This document shows positions 52,860 to 64,000 of a stretch of 64,000 bases of DNA, piece by piece (the stretch's first letter is position 1; each line of letters begins with the position of its first letter). Origin of the DNA: Haliotis rubra (lineage: Eukaryota); the NCBI RefSeq assembly GCF_003918875.1, contig NW_025765780.1:2914001-2978000 (forward strand), given 5' to 3'. The position numbers and the translations under genes were made by a program. The notes under the pieces were generated by a model, which made no database searches, was not told where the DNA came from, and saw only the letters and a program-made list of their open reading frames with translations.

Positions 52860-55775
52860 CCCACCTCAGACACAAGACACAACCCTCACAAGTCAGAGAA
52901 AATTCCCAGCAGACAAAATACACGACCCTCACCCTTCAGACAGAATGCATAACCCTCATACCCTCAAATAGAATGTACACAACCCTCACCCCTCAGACAG
53001 AATACACGACCCTTACCCCTCAGACAGTACATACAACCCTCATCCCTCAGACAGAATACACGACCCTCATCCCACAGACAGAATACACAACCCTCATCCC
53101 TCAGACAGAATACACAACCCTTACCCCTCAGACAGAATACACAACCCTCATCCCTCAGACAGAATACACAACCCTTCACCCCTCAGACAGAATACACAAC
53201 CCTCACCCCTCAGACAGAATACACAACCCTTACCCCTCACACAGAATACACAACCTTCATCCCTCAGACAGAATACACGACCCTCACCCCTCAGACAGAA
53301 TACACAACCCTCATCCCTCAGACAGAATACACAACCCTCACCCCTCAGACAGAATACACAACCCTCACCCCTCCAGACAGAATACACACACCCTCACCCC
53401 TCAGACAGAATACACACCCTCACCCCTCAGACAGAATACACACCTCACCCCTCAGACAGAATACACAACCCTCATCCCTCAGACAGAATACACAAGACCC
53501 TCACCCCTCCAGACAGAATACACAACCCTCACCCCTCAGACAGTACATACAACCCTCATCCCTCAGACAGAATACATCCCTACCCTCATCCCTCAAACAG
53601 AATACACAACCCTCATCCCTCAGACAGAATACACAACCCTTACCCCTCAGACAGATTACACAACCCTCATCCCTCAGACAGAATACACAACCCTTACCCC
53701 TCAGACAGAATATACAACCCTCACCCCTCAGACAGAATACACAACCCTTACCCCTCAGACAGAATACACAACCCTTACCCCTCAGACAGAATACACAACC
53801 CTCACCCCTCAGACAGAATACACAACCCTCACCCCTCAGACAGAATACAACACTCATCCCTCAGACAGAATACACGACCCCTCAGACAGAATACACAACC
53901 CTCATCCCTCAGACAGAATACACAACCCTCATCCCTCAGACAGAATACACAACCCTTACCCCTCAGACAGAATACACAACCCTCACCCCTCACACAGAAT
54001 ACACAACCTTCATCCCTCAGACAGAATACACGACCCTCACCCCTCAGACAGAATACACAACCCTCATCCCTCAGACAGAATACACAACCCTTACCCCTCA
54101 GACATAATACACAACCCTCATCCCTCAGACAGAATACACAACCCTTACCCCTCAGACAGAATATACACCCCTCACCCCTCAGACAGAATACACAACCTTT
54201 ACCCCTCAGACAGTACATACAACCCTCATCCCTCAGACAGAATACACAACCCTCATCCCTCAGACAGAATACACAACCCTCATCCCTCAGACAGAATACA
54301 CAACCCTTACCCCTCAGACAGAATATACAACCCTCACCCCTCAGACAGAATACACAACCTTTACCCCTCAGACAGAATACACAACCCTTACCCCTCAGAC
54401 AGAATACACAACCCTCACCCCTCAGACAGAATACACAACCCTCACCCCTCAGACGGAATACACAACACTCATCCCTCAGACAGAATACACGACCCTCACC
54501 CCTCAGACAGAATACACAACCCTCATCCCTCAGACAGAATACACAACCCTCATCCCTCAGACAGAATGTACACAACCCTCACCCCTCAGACAGAATACAT
54601 GACCCTTACCCCTCGGACAGAATACACAACCCTCACCCCCTCAGACAAAATGTACACAACCCTCACCCCTCACACAGAATACACAACCTTCATCCCTCAG
54701 ACAGAATACACGACCCTCACCCCTCAGACAGAATACACAACCCTCATCCCTCAGACAGAATATACAACCCTTACCCCTCAGACAGAATACACAACCCTCA
54801 TCCCTCAGACAGAATACACAACCCTTACCCCTCAGACAGAATATACAACCCTCACCCCTCAGACAGAATACACAACCTTTACCCCTCAGACAGAATACAC
54901 AACCTTTACCCCTCAGACAGAATACACAACCCTTACCCCTCAGACAGAATACACAACCCTCACCCCTCAGACAGAATACACGACCCTCACCCCTCAGGCC
55001 GGAATACACAACACTCATCCCTCAGACAGAATACACGACCCTCACCCCTCAGACAGAATACACAACCCTCATCCCTCAGACAGAATACACAACCCTCATC
55101 CCTCAGACGGAATACACAACCCTTACCCCTCAGACAGAATACACAACCCTCACCCCTCAGACAGAATACACAACCCTCACCCCTCAGACAGAATACACAA
55201 CCCTCACCCCTCAGACAGAATACACGACCCTCACCCCTCAGACAGAATACACAACCCTCATCCCTCAGACAGAATGTACACAACCCTCACCCCTCAGACA
55301 GAATACACGACCCTTACCCCTCGGACAGAATACACAACCCTCACCCCCTCAGACAGAATGTACACAACCCTCACCCCTCAGACAGAATACATGACCCTTA
55401 CCCCTCAGACAGAATGTACACAACCCTCACCCCTCAGACAGAATACATTACCCTCATCCCTCAGACAGAATACACAACCCTCACCCCTCAGACAGAATAC
55501 ACAACCCTCACCCCTCAGACAGAATACATGACCCTCTCCCCTCAGACAGAATACACAACCCTGAGCCCTCAGACAGAATACACAACCCTCACCCCTCAGA
55601 CAGAATACACAACCCTCACCCCTCAGACTGAATACACAACCCTCACCCCTCAGACAGAATACATGACCCTCTCCCCTCAGACAGAATACACAACCCTCAC
55701 CCTTTAAAAACAAACATACATCCCCTACCCCTCAGTTACAAATATTCATCTTTCATGCCTCAGACAGAAACACAC
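52860..55775. repeat. 27 bp minisatellite (CCTCAGACAGAATACACAACCCTCACC), about 105 copies
   Basis: Period 27; gives the TPQTEYTTL/HPSDRIHNP ORFs, which switch frame within the array. Confidence 0.98.
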
Positions 55776-56099
55776 AACCCTCACTACCCTTCTTTCCTGT
55801 TGCTTCTTCATCAAAATTACTAAGATTTGATTCTGACAACTATAACCTCAGTCTCACCAACACACTATCCATCTTACCATACTGCTTTCCATCTTTTAGA
55901 AATCCATCCTTAAATGTTCCTACCACTGTACAATAAAAACTCCTTATCTCTCTTCACAACCCACCCCTGACTTAATGTGATGCTCTTCTTGTCTCAGTAC
56001 ATGTGCCACTGCTCCCTCCCCATCAGGACTGTTCCCCACACATGCTGCCGTAACGAATCAGTAAGAACACATGCATCTAATCCCCATCACTTATCCTCT

Positions 56100-56560
56100 A
56101 TCCCCCATCCTGATCCACACCCAATCCTCATCCCCCAACCTGACCCCAATCCTCATCCCTCATCCTGACCCCAATCCTGACCCTCATCCAACCAACATCT
56201 CCTATCCTGACCCTCATCCAACCAACATCTCCTATCCTGACCCCAATCCTGACCCTCATCCAATCATCATCTCCTATCCTGACCCCAATCCTGACCCTCA
56301 TCCAACCAACATTTCTTATCCTGACCCCAATCCTGACCCTCATCCAATCATCATCTCCTATCCTGACCCAAACCCTGACCCTCATCCAACCAACATCTCC
56401 TATCCTGACCCCAATCCTGACCCTCATCCAACCCACATTCCCAATCCTGACCCCCGCCCAATCCTCATCCCCCATTGTGATCCTAATCCTGACCCCAATT
56501 CTGACCCTCATCCAACCCCCAACCACTATCAACTATCCTGACCCTCACCCAACCCTTCCT
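56100..56560. repeat. C-rich 42 bp repeat built from 6 bp subunits
   Basis: cctgaccccaatcctgaccctcatccaaccaacatctcctat is repeated. Confidence 0.9.
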
Positions 56561-57036
56561 CATTTTCCATCTAACACCCCAATCCTACCCCCCCAACCTT
56601 CACGGTCTACATCCTCAACCCATCTGCCCTGATTTCATGTCAAAGTTGCAATTAAACCACATCCCCTGCCACCCATTGTAACACTCCTCTCCCCATCCCA
56701 ACCCCATAACATCACCCCCATGACTTGATCTGCCCTGACTTCCAAGTCACATGTCAAAGTTGCAGCCAAACGAAATTTCTGTACCACCCGTGTCTTCTTT
56801 CCCTTCCCCACATCCATAAATGACATGTCCCTGCCAGCCCTCTTAAATGACATGTCAAAGTCCCCTTTTCCCATCTCCCCCAACCCCCATCGTCATGTGC
56901 CCCCCTCCCACCTCAACCCACTGCAGGTCTTTAGCTGAAGGGTGCATCAAAATCAAACTTCATTAAACACACTCTACAATCAATACTTGGAGTCGAATTC
57001 TCTGAAAATTTGAGTCTCTCTGGTCGGTGTAGTGAA

Positions 57037-57054
57037 CAGCGCCCCCTAGCAGCA
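57037..57054 (-). promoter_or_regulatory. CTCF-like motif
   Basis: Minus strand CTGCTAGGGGGCGCTG versus core CCACTAGGGGGCGCTG. Confidence 0.4.
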
Positions 57055-57659
57055 TGTCGCATTGGAAACTAATTATGGGTTCATTTTTGTCGTAACTGAT
57101 CGCGTAGGTTCAGCTCTAACATGTTTTTTCAACATTTTGATTTTCACCTGTAGTAAGGCAGGAACCAGCAGAGGAAGCAGTTTAATACCGGCACTGCCGA
57201 GGCTGTAACACTTAAATACAGATTTTGAACATGATTTTCCCACAACCTTGAATATGAAATTAGTTAAACACATTAGACTGGTAAATTGTTTGGGAAGGAT
57301 ATGAAGCCCAGTATGAAGCAGATCCAGCGTGTGCCTCTACAGAACCAACAAATAAACAAATGTTGCATTGTCTGTGAAAACACAAGCAGGTCGTAATGGT
57401 AGGGTAGTTTCCTACCAGAACAGACAATAGTATAGAGTTCCATAATAATGCCAGCAGTGCCACACGAATGTCATAAGGGAAACGTGACAAGTGATGGTGA
57501 GGGCATTTCAAACTATGGTCAGCATTTGATACTATGGCAAAAGGTGATTCTTCAGAAGATCAATGGGACAGTATTTCATTGTAAGTTCTAAGGTGACGTA
57601 ATCTCTGATAAGATCATTGTATCAAGGGTGACATGTCTTGGTACAGGGGCTAGGTTACA

Positions 57660-58200
57660 AGGTCTCTTTACAGAGAGCCTTGGTCACAGTTTCTCCTTAC
57701 AGAGATTTGGTGACAGTATCTCTAGGTTGAGGGTGTAATCTCTCCTTACAGAGCATAGGTCACAGTTTCTCCTTACAGAGATTTGGTGACAGTATCTCTA
57801 GGCTGGTGGTGTAATCTCTCCTTACAGAGCATAGGTCACAGTTTCTCCTTACAGACCTTTGGTGACAGTATCTCTAGGCTGAGGGTGTAATCTCTCCTTA
57901 CAGAGCATAGGTCACAGTTTCTCCTTACAGATCTTTGGTGACAGTATCTCTAGGCTGAGGGTGTAATCTCTCCTTACAGAGCATAGGTCACAGTTTCTCC
58001 TTACAGACCTTTGGTGACAGTATCTCTAGGCTGAGGATGTAATCTCTCCTTACAGAGCATAGGTCACAGTTTCTCCTTACAGAGCTTTGGTGACAGTATC
58101 TCTAGGCTGGGGGTGTAATCTCTCCTTACAGAGCATAGGTCACAGTTTCTCCTTACAGAGATTTGGTGACAGTATCTCTAGGTTGGGGTGTAATCTCTCC
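57660..58200. repeat. 76 bp higher-order repeat made of three ~27 bp-derived subunits
   Basis: ggtgtaatc at 57732 and 57808; the subunits resemble the adjacent 27-mer. Confidence 0.92.
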
Positions 58201-59042
58201 TTACAAAGCAAAGGTTACAGTGTCTCCTTATAGGGCCTAGGTTACTCTGTTGCCTTATAAGCACAAGGTTACAGTGTTTCAAAACAGGGCCTAGGTTACA
58301 GTGTCTCCATACAGGGCCTAGGTTACATTGTTTCCATACAGGGCCTAGGTTACAGTGTATCCATACAGGGCCTAGGTTACATTGTATCCATACAGGGCCT
58401 AGCTTACATCCATACAGGGCCTAGGTTACATTGTCTCCATACAGGGCCTAGGTTACATTGTCTCCATACAGGGCCTAGGTTACATTGTTTCCATACAGGG
58501 CCTAGGTTACAGTGTCTCCATACAGGGCCTAGGTTACAGTGTATCTCCTTCAGGGCCTAGGCCTAGGTTACAGTGTCTCCATACAGGCCTAGGTTACAGT
58601 GTTTCCATACAGGGCCCAGGTTACAGTGTCACCATACAGACCTAGGTTACAGTATCTCCTTATAGGGCCTAGGTTAAAGTGTCTCCTTTAAGGTCCCAGA
58701 TTACAGTGGCTCCTTATAGGGCCCAGGTTACAGTGTCTCCTTATAGGGCCTATGCTACATTGTCACAATACAGGCCTAGGCTACAGTGTCTCTTTATAGG
58801 GCCCAGGTTACAGTGTCTCCTTATAGGGCCTAGGCTACAGTGTCTCTTTATAGGGCCTAGGCTACAGTGTCTCCTTATAGGGCCCAGATTACAGTGTCTC
58901 CTTATAGGGCCCAGGTTACAGTGTCTCCTTATAGGGCCTAAGCTACAGTGTCTCCTTATAGGGCCAAGGTTACAGTGTCTCTTTATAGGGTCCATGTTAC
59001 AGTGTCTCCTTATAGGGCCCATGTTACAGTGTCTCCTTACAG
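58200..59042. repeat. 27 bp minisatellite (AGGGCCTAGGTTACAGTGTCTCCWTAY)
   Basis: Direct repetition; source of the GPRLQCLLI ORFs. Confidence 0.95.
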
Positions 59043-59526
59043 CAGGTGTATTTTGATACTGTGTTGCGAGCGAGTAAAACAATGTCAATATCAATCAAGT
59101 CATCACAACCACCTAACACCACATTACTATATCTGTCATCTTTATATGATAATGACCCCCTCCTTACTACACAGGTAGAAACTGACGTGTTAATACTCCA
59201 TCATGCCTACGGCAGACAACAACATCAGCGATTTGTAACTCTACAAGTTGTAATCAAGGCAGTTTCCAACAGAATGTCTTTCCAATAGATGGAAATCCGG
59301 ATCCTTTGGGGCAATATTGCTGGGAATTTTTTAAAAGCTTTTCACATTCCTGAAGCGAAAAAATTGCAATCAAGAAAAATGACAATATGGCAGAAAGAGG
59401 AGTGTTTTGTCATCGAGTGACAGTAATCCCCTTCGTGTGACATGTTCTGCACATGCAGGAAAAAACGCTGCTACCCACGTCCTAAGTTTCCTGCATGCAC
59501 GGATGGTGGAAAGCAGGCAGCTGTAG

Positions 59527-59543
59527 TGGCGCCCCCTAGGAAA
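59527..59543 (-). promoter_or_regulatory. Second, weaker CTCF-like motif
   Basis: Minus strand TTCCTAGGGGGCGCCA, lying in a locally CpG-richer stretch. Confidence 0.3.
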
Positions 59544-60869
59544 GCTAATGAGTGCTCTCTTCCAACAAGAAGCTGACACATGGACGATCGGGGAAGGAAA
59601 CTGATCTGAAAAAATTTGTCAAATTACGCTAGGTTCTTCCGCGCATTTCCTGTCGTAGTTCAAAATGAGGCTGTATGCCGCCCTGATACGGCGCCTGTGG
59701 CACCCTTCTACCCTCCGCCTGGATATTTTACGTTTATTTCCACGTATTCACGGAAGGTTCGACAGTGGATGATTACTAACGGGCTCTTACATAATCAACG
59801 TTCTTGCACATCCGAGCCTTCAACCCTCTCTCCCCCAAGCCCAATCTCTCTCTCTCCTAAGAGCCTGAGGATTTCTAATCAAATCTGCGGCCCTGCACAC
59901 GCATCATTAGCATGTGCCAGACATGGACACAACGGTACTCACTGAGCATGTCCATCCCCAAGGACGGTTTTAATTGGCTCCCTACGCAATTGCACCTCGG
60001 CTTTAGGTTACTCAAGGTCACGACCTTCGCAGAAGAAGCTACCATCAGTCTTGCTTTACGGAAAGAACTTGCTTGTAATACACTTGTGAATTTCGATGAA
60101 ATTTACATATGGGGGAACAAGGATTTTTATTGCACCGTTTCTTTCTATCTCTTCCACTCTTGGCCATTATTGGTCTGTGCTGACTTGAAAAAATGACCCT
60201 GGATACTACCTTTAAATCCCCATACATTGCATTAAGAGGATGTATCACATTAAATCACATTTACGATTTTATAGGACACAAAGTGTTAGCATCCCCATTC
60301 AATAAATCTGAAATATGCATTACTTCAGATAACTGATTCAGACAAGCAAAGAGACAGAAATTATGAAAAAGAATGACAGTATTGAACACTTACACTCTTA
60401 AATGTCAGTGATATGATGAAACACATCATTATAAAAACACTTCCTGTGAACAAGTGTCATCGGAGTGCTGTCATATCATGTACGACAGAAGGAGCGTGTC
60501 CTGCTGATTCCCAGATCAGACTTATGGATGATATAGAGACTTGAATGAGGAACAGAACATGACACTGGCATGTGGGTGTTATTTACTCTTCTGTGGGGCG
60601 CATCTGTTGTTCTCAGTTTTGCATTTCAGAGAAACATTTGAAGATTTATGAAATCATAAATAGTTTTGAGAAAATAATAAATGTGTAAATCAAACATGCA
60701 ATGTATCTGAAAATGTTTCGTACAAAATATCATGCTCAAGCAAGCCGTATTCATCCTACACACTCTTTTCACACTCCTGTCAAACCTATTGATGCACACA
60801 CTTTCCTTGTCACACACTGGAGGCATTGGTCGCCAAGTCATATTAGGGCACCACCCAAACTCAAGGTTT

Positions 60870-62960
60870 TGGTCACCATATCATGTCAGACACCACCCCA
60901 CTTGGATGCATTCGTCACCAAGTCATGTCAGACACCATCTGGAGGTGTGGGTCACCAAGTCATGGCAGACACCAACCCACCTGGAGGTGTCGGTCACCAA
61001 GTCATGTCAGGCACCACCCCACATGGAGGTGTCGGTCACCAAGTCATGTCAGGCACCACCCCCGCTTAAGGGGTCAGTCACCAAGACATGTCAGACACCA
61101 CCCCACCCGGAGGTGTCAGTCACCATGTCATGATAGACACCACCCCACCTAGAGGTGTCAGTCACCAAGTCATGTCAGACACCACCCCACCTGGAGGTGT
61201 CAGTCACCATGTCATGTCAGGCACCACCCCACCTAGAGGTGTCAGTCACCAAGTCATGTCGGGCACCACCTGGAGGTGTCAGTTACCATGTCATGTCAGG
61301 GACCACCTCACCTGGAGGTGTCAGTTACCAAGTCATGTCAGGCACCACCCCACCTGGAGGTGTCAGTTACCATATCATGTCAGCGACCATCTCACCTCAA
61401 GGTGTCAGTCACCAAGTCATGTCAGGCACCACCCCACCTAGAGGTGTCAGTTACCATGTCATGTCAGCGACCATCTCACCTCAAGGTGTCAGTCACCAAG
61501 TCATGTCAGGCACCACCCCACCTAGAGGTGTCAGTTACCATGTCATGTCAGTGACCATCTCACCTCAAGGTGTCAGTCACCAAGTCATGTCAGGCACCAC
61601 CCCACCTAGAGGTGTCAGTCACCATGTCATGTCAGGCACCACCCCACCTAGAGGTGTCAGTCACCAAGTCATGTCGGGCACCACCTGGAGGTGTCAGTTA
61701 CCATGTCATGTCAGGGACCACCTCACCTGGAGGTGTCAGTTACCAAGTCATGTCAGGCACCACCCCACCTGGAGGTGTCAGTTACCATATCATGTCAGCG
61801 ACCATCTCACCTCAAGGTGTCAGTCACCAAGTCATGTCAGGCACCACCCCACCTAGAGGTGTCAGTTACCATGTCATGTCAGCGACCATCTCACCTCAAG
61901 GTGTCAGTCACCAAGTCATGTCAGGCACCACCCCACCTAGAGGTGTCAGTTACCATGTCATGTCAGCGACCATCTCACCTCAAGGTGTCAGTCACCAAGT
62001 CATGTCAGGCACCACCCCACCTAGAGGTGTCAGTCACCAAGTCATGTCAGCGACCATCTCACCTCAAGGTGTCAGTCACCAAGTCATGTCAGGGACCACC
62101 CCACCTGGAGGTGTCAGTTACCAAGTCATGTCAGGTACCACCCCACCTGGATGTGTCAGTTACCATATCATGTCAGCGACCATCTCACCTCAAGGTGTCA
62201 GTCACCAAGTCATGTCAGGGACCACCCCACCTGGAGGTGTCAGTTACCAAGTCATGTCAGGCACCACCCCACCTGGAGGTGTCAGTTACCATATCATGTC
62301 AGCGACCATCTCACCTCAAGGTGTCAGTCACCAAGTCATGTCAGGCACCACCCCACCTAGAGGTGTCAGTTACCATGTCATGTCAGCGACCATCTCACCT
62401 CAAGGTGTCAGTCACCAAGTCATGTCAGTCACCTGTCAGGTCATGTCAGGCACCACCCCACCTGGAGGTGTCAGTTACCATGTCATGTCAGGGACCACCC
62501 CACCTGGAGGTGTCAATTACCAAGTCATGTCAGGCACCACCCCACCTGGAGGTGTCAGTTACCAAGTCATGTCAGCGACCATCTCACCTAGAGGTGTCAG
62601 TCACCGTGTCATGTCAGGCACCACCCCACCTAGAGGTGTCAGTCACCAAGTCATGTCAGGCACCACCCCACCTGGAGGTGTCAGTTACCATGTCAAGTCA
62701 GCGACCATCTCACCTCAAGGTGTCAGTCACCAAGTCATGTCAGGCACCACCTAGAGGTGTCAGTCACCATGTCATGTCAGGCACCACCCTACCTGGAGGT
62801 GTGGGTCACCAAGTCATGTCAGACACCACCCTACCTGCAGGTGTCGGTCACCACGTCATGTCAGGCACCACCCCACCTGGAGGTGTCGGTCACCATGTCA
62901 TGTCAGACACCACCCCACCTGGAGGCCTCAGTTGCCATATCTTGTCAGGCACCACCCAGA
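60870..62960. repeat. 42 bp minisatellite (GTCACCAAGTCATGTCAGGCACCACCCCACCTGGAGGTGTCA), about 50 copies, with an internal 415 bp block duplication
   Basis: Period 42; the variant order starting at 61155 recurs at 61570. Confidence 0.97.
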
Positions 62961-63830
62961 GGCATCAGCTGCCTGGTCAGGCAATATTTCGTGTGACATG
63001 CAATACTATAACACAAATACTCTTCACAGCAGTGTATGATAGTGCCTAACCCCAATTACGCCCACACACACACCAACCCTCCTGCACACATACCAACCCT
63101 CCCGCCCACATGTTATTTTTATCCATATGAAAGCTTCATTATTGAAAAAAATATTTGACATCCAATTCATGTTTGTATTTGGTTGACAGAAAATCAGAAT
63201 CCTCAAGAATCGTGGAGAATCTTCAGTTTGAGCATGGGTTAACTGAGGAACGTCAGTCACAAAGCTAAAGGGTTAATGAGAACTATGCCGCTCTGGCCTA
63301 AGCCCTGAATTGAATCTGATGCTTTTATGTCGTATGTTTGGACTTTTACAGTGCAGAATGTAATCACCTTGTATTTTGTTACATCAGAATAATGAGGGAC
63401 GATACCACCATGGTTACAAAGAACTTCCTTGTCTTTCAAAGCATTTAATGAGATTCCATGTCGACATTATTTAATTCTTCCACACAGTGCAAACTTTACA
63501 CATTGAAATCCCCCTCACGAATACCGTAACACTTGCGAAAATTGCACAAAATATCTTCTTATTAGTTACGTTACTGTTTCTCCATAAGCTAGGTGTCAGA
63601 ATACTGATCTGAAGGATGTAGGTAAGTGACGTGTAGTATGTCTCATTCTGTTGTTGCTGCCATTTTAAAAGAAGGGAGAGTTGCTTATGTATTCATATCA
63701 AAACAAACCTGTACTATTGCCAAGATCAGCTCATGCCTTTACCAACGTGTTGTTGCAACTCCCTTCTCCCTTCAGTCATCTTCAGCTATCTTCATCCTGC
63801 ATATTATCAAACCACTTCGAAGCTCTTTAT

Positions 63831-64000
63831 CATCCTTCATCACTCCTCGCTGTGTGAGCTGCTCCTCCTTCCTATTGCCCTTCATCATCCTTCATCACTC
63901 TTTGCTATGTGAGCCACTCCTCCTTCCTATTGCCCTTCATCATCCTTCATCACTCCTTGCTATGTGAGCCAGTCCTCCTTCCTATTGCCTTCATCATCCT
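63831..64000. repeat. 55 bp tandem repeat running off the end of the window
   Basis: catccttcatcactc at 63831, 63886 and 63941. Confidence 0.9.

Noticed and set aside
52973-55531. 852 aa mucin-like TPQTEYTTL ORF
   Set aside because: The frame switches repeatedly between TPQTEYTTL and HPSDRIHNP at indels, so there is no sign of frame-preserving selection; no signal peptide or clear splice boundaries
56071-56541. PDPNPDPHP-rich ORF resembling a repetitive structural protein
   Set aside because: Low-complexity 6/42 bp repeat embedded in C-rich sequence; no supporting gene structure, although a coding role cannot be fully excluded
60701-63049. Repetitive 233-452 aa ORFs
   Set aside because: Derived from a 42 bp satellite with 37 bp frameshifting units

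Overview
AT-rich eukaryotic (animal) genomic DNA from a draft assembly with two N-gaps. It looks intronic or intergenic. I cannot support any intact protein-coding gene: every long ORF in the track is a translation of a tandem repeat. Roughly 30% of the window is mini/microsatellite (periods 13/18, 4, 44, 22, 58, 27, 46, 21, 100, 37, 41, 62, 24-26, 27, 42, 76/27, 42 and 55 bp). It carries about 16 copies of a ~165 bp tRNA(Asp)-like SINE, five with clear target-site duplications. It also carries fragments of two other short retroposon families with a related 3' tail, a 240 bp MITE with perfect 16 bp TIRs and a 5 bp TSD, a ~3 kb segment bounded by diverged inverted repeats, and a possible decayed Harbinger/ISL2EU transposase fragment. 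From memory, the SINE set resembles gastropod (abalone, Haliotis-like) repeats; this assignment is unverified. The most notable observations are: three SINEs inserted at the same motif of an old 41 bp satellite, in alternating orientation; higher-order satellite structure; strong strand asymmetry of the arrays; and scattered RFX X-box, CTCF-like and YY1-like motifs. I found no convincing novel multi-gene system.
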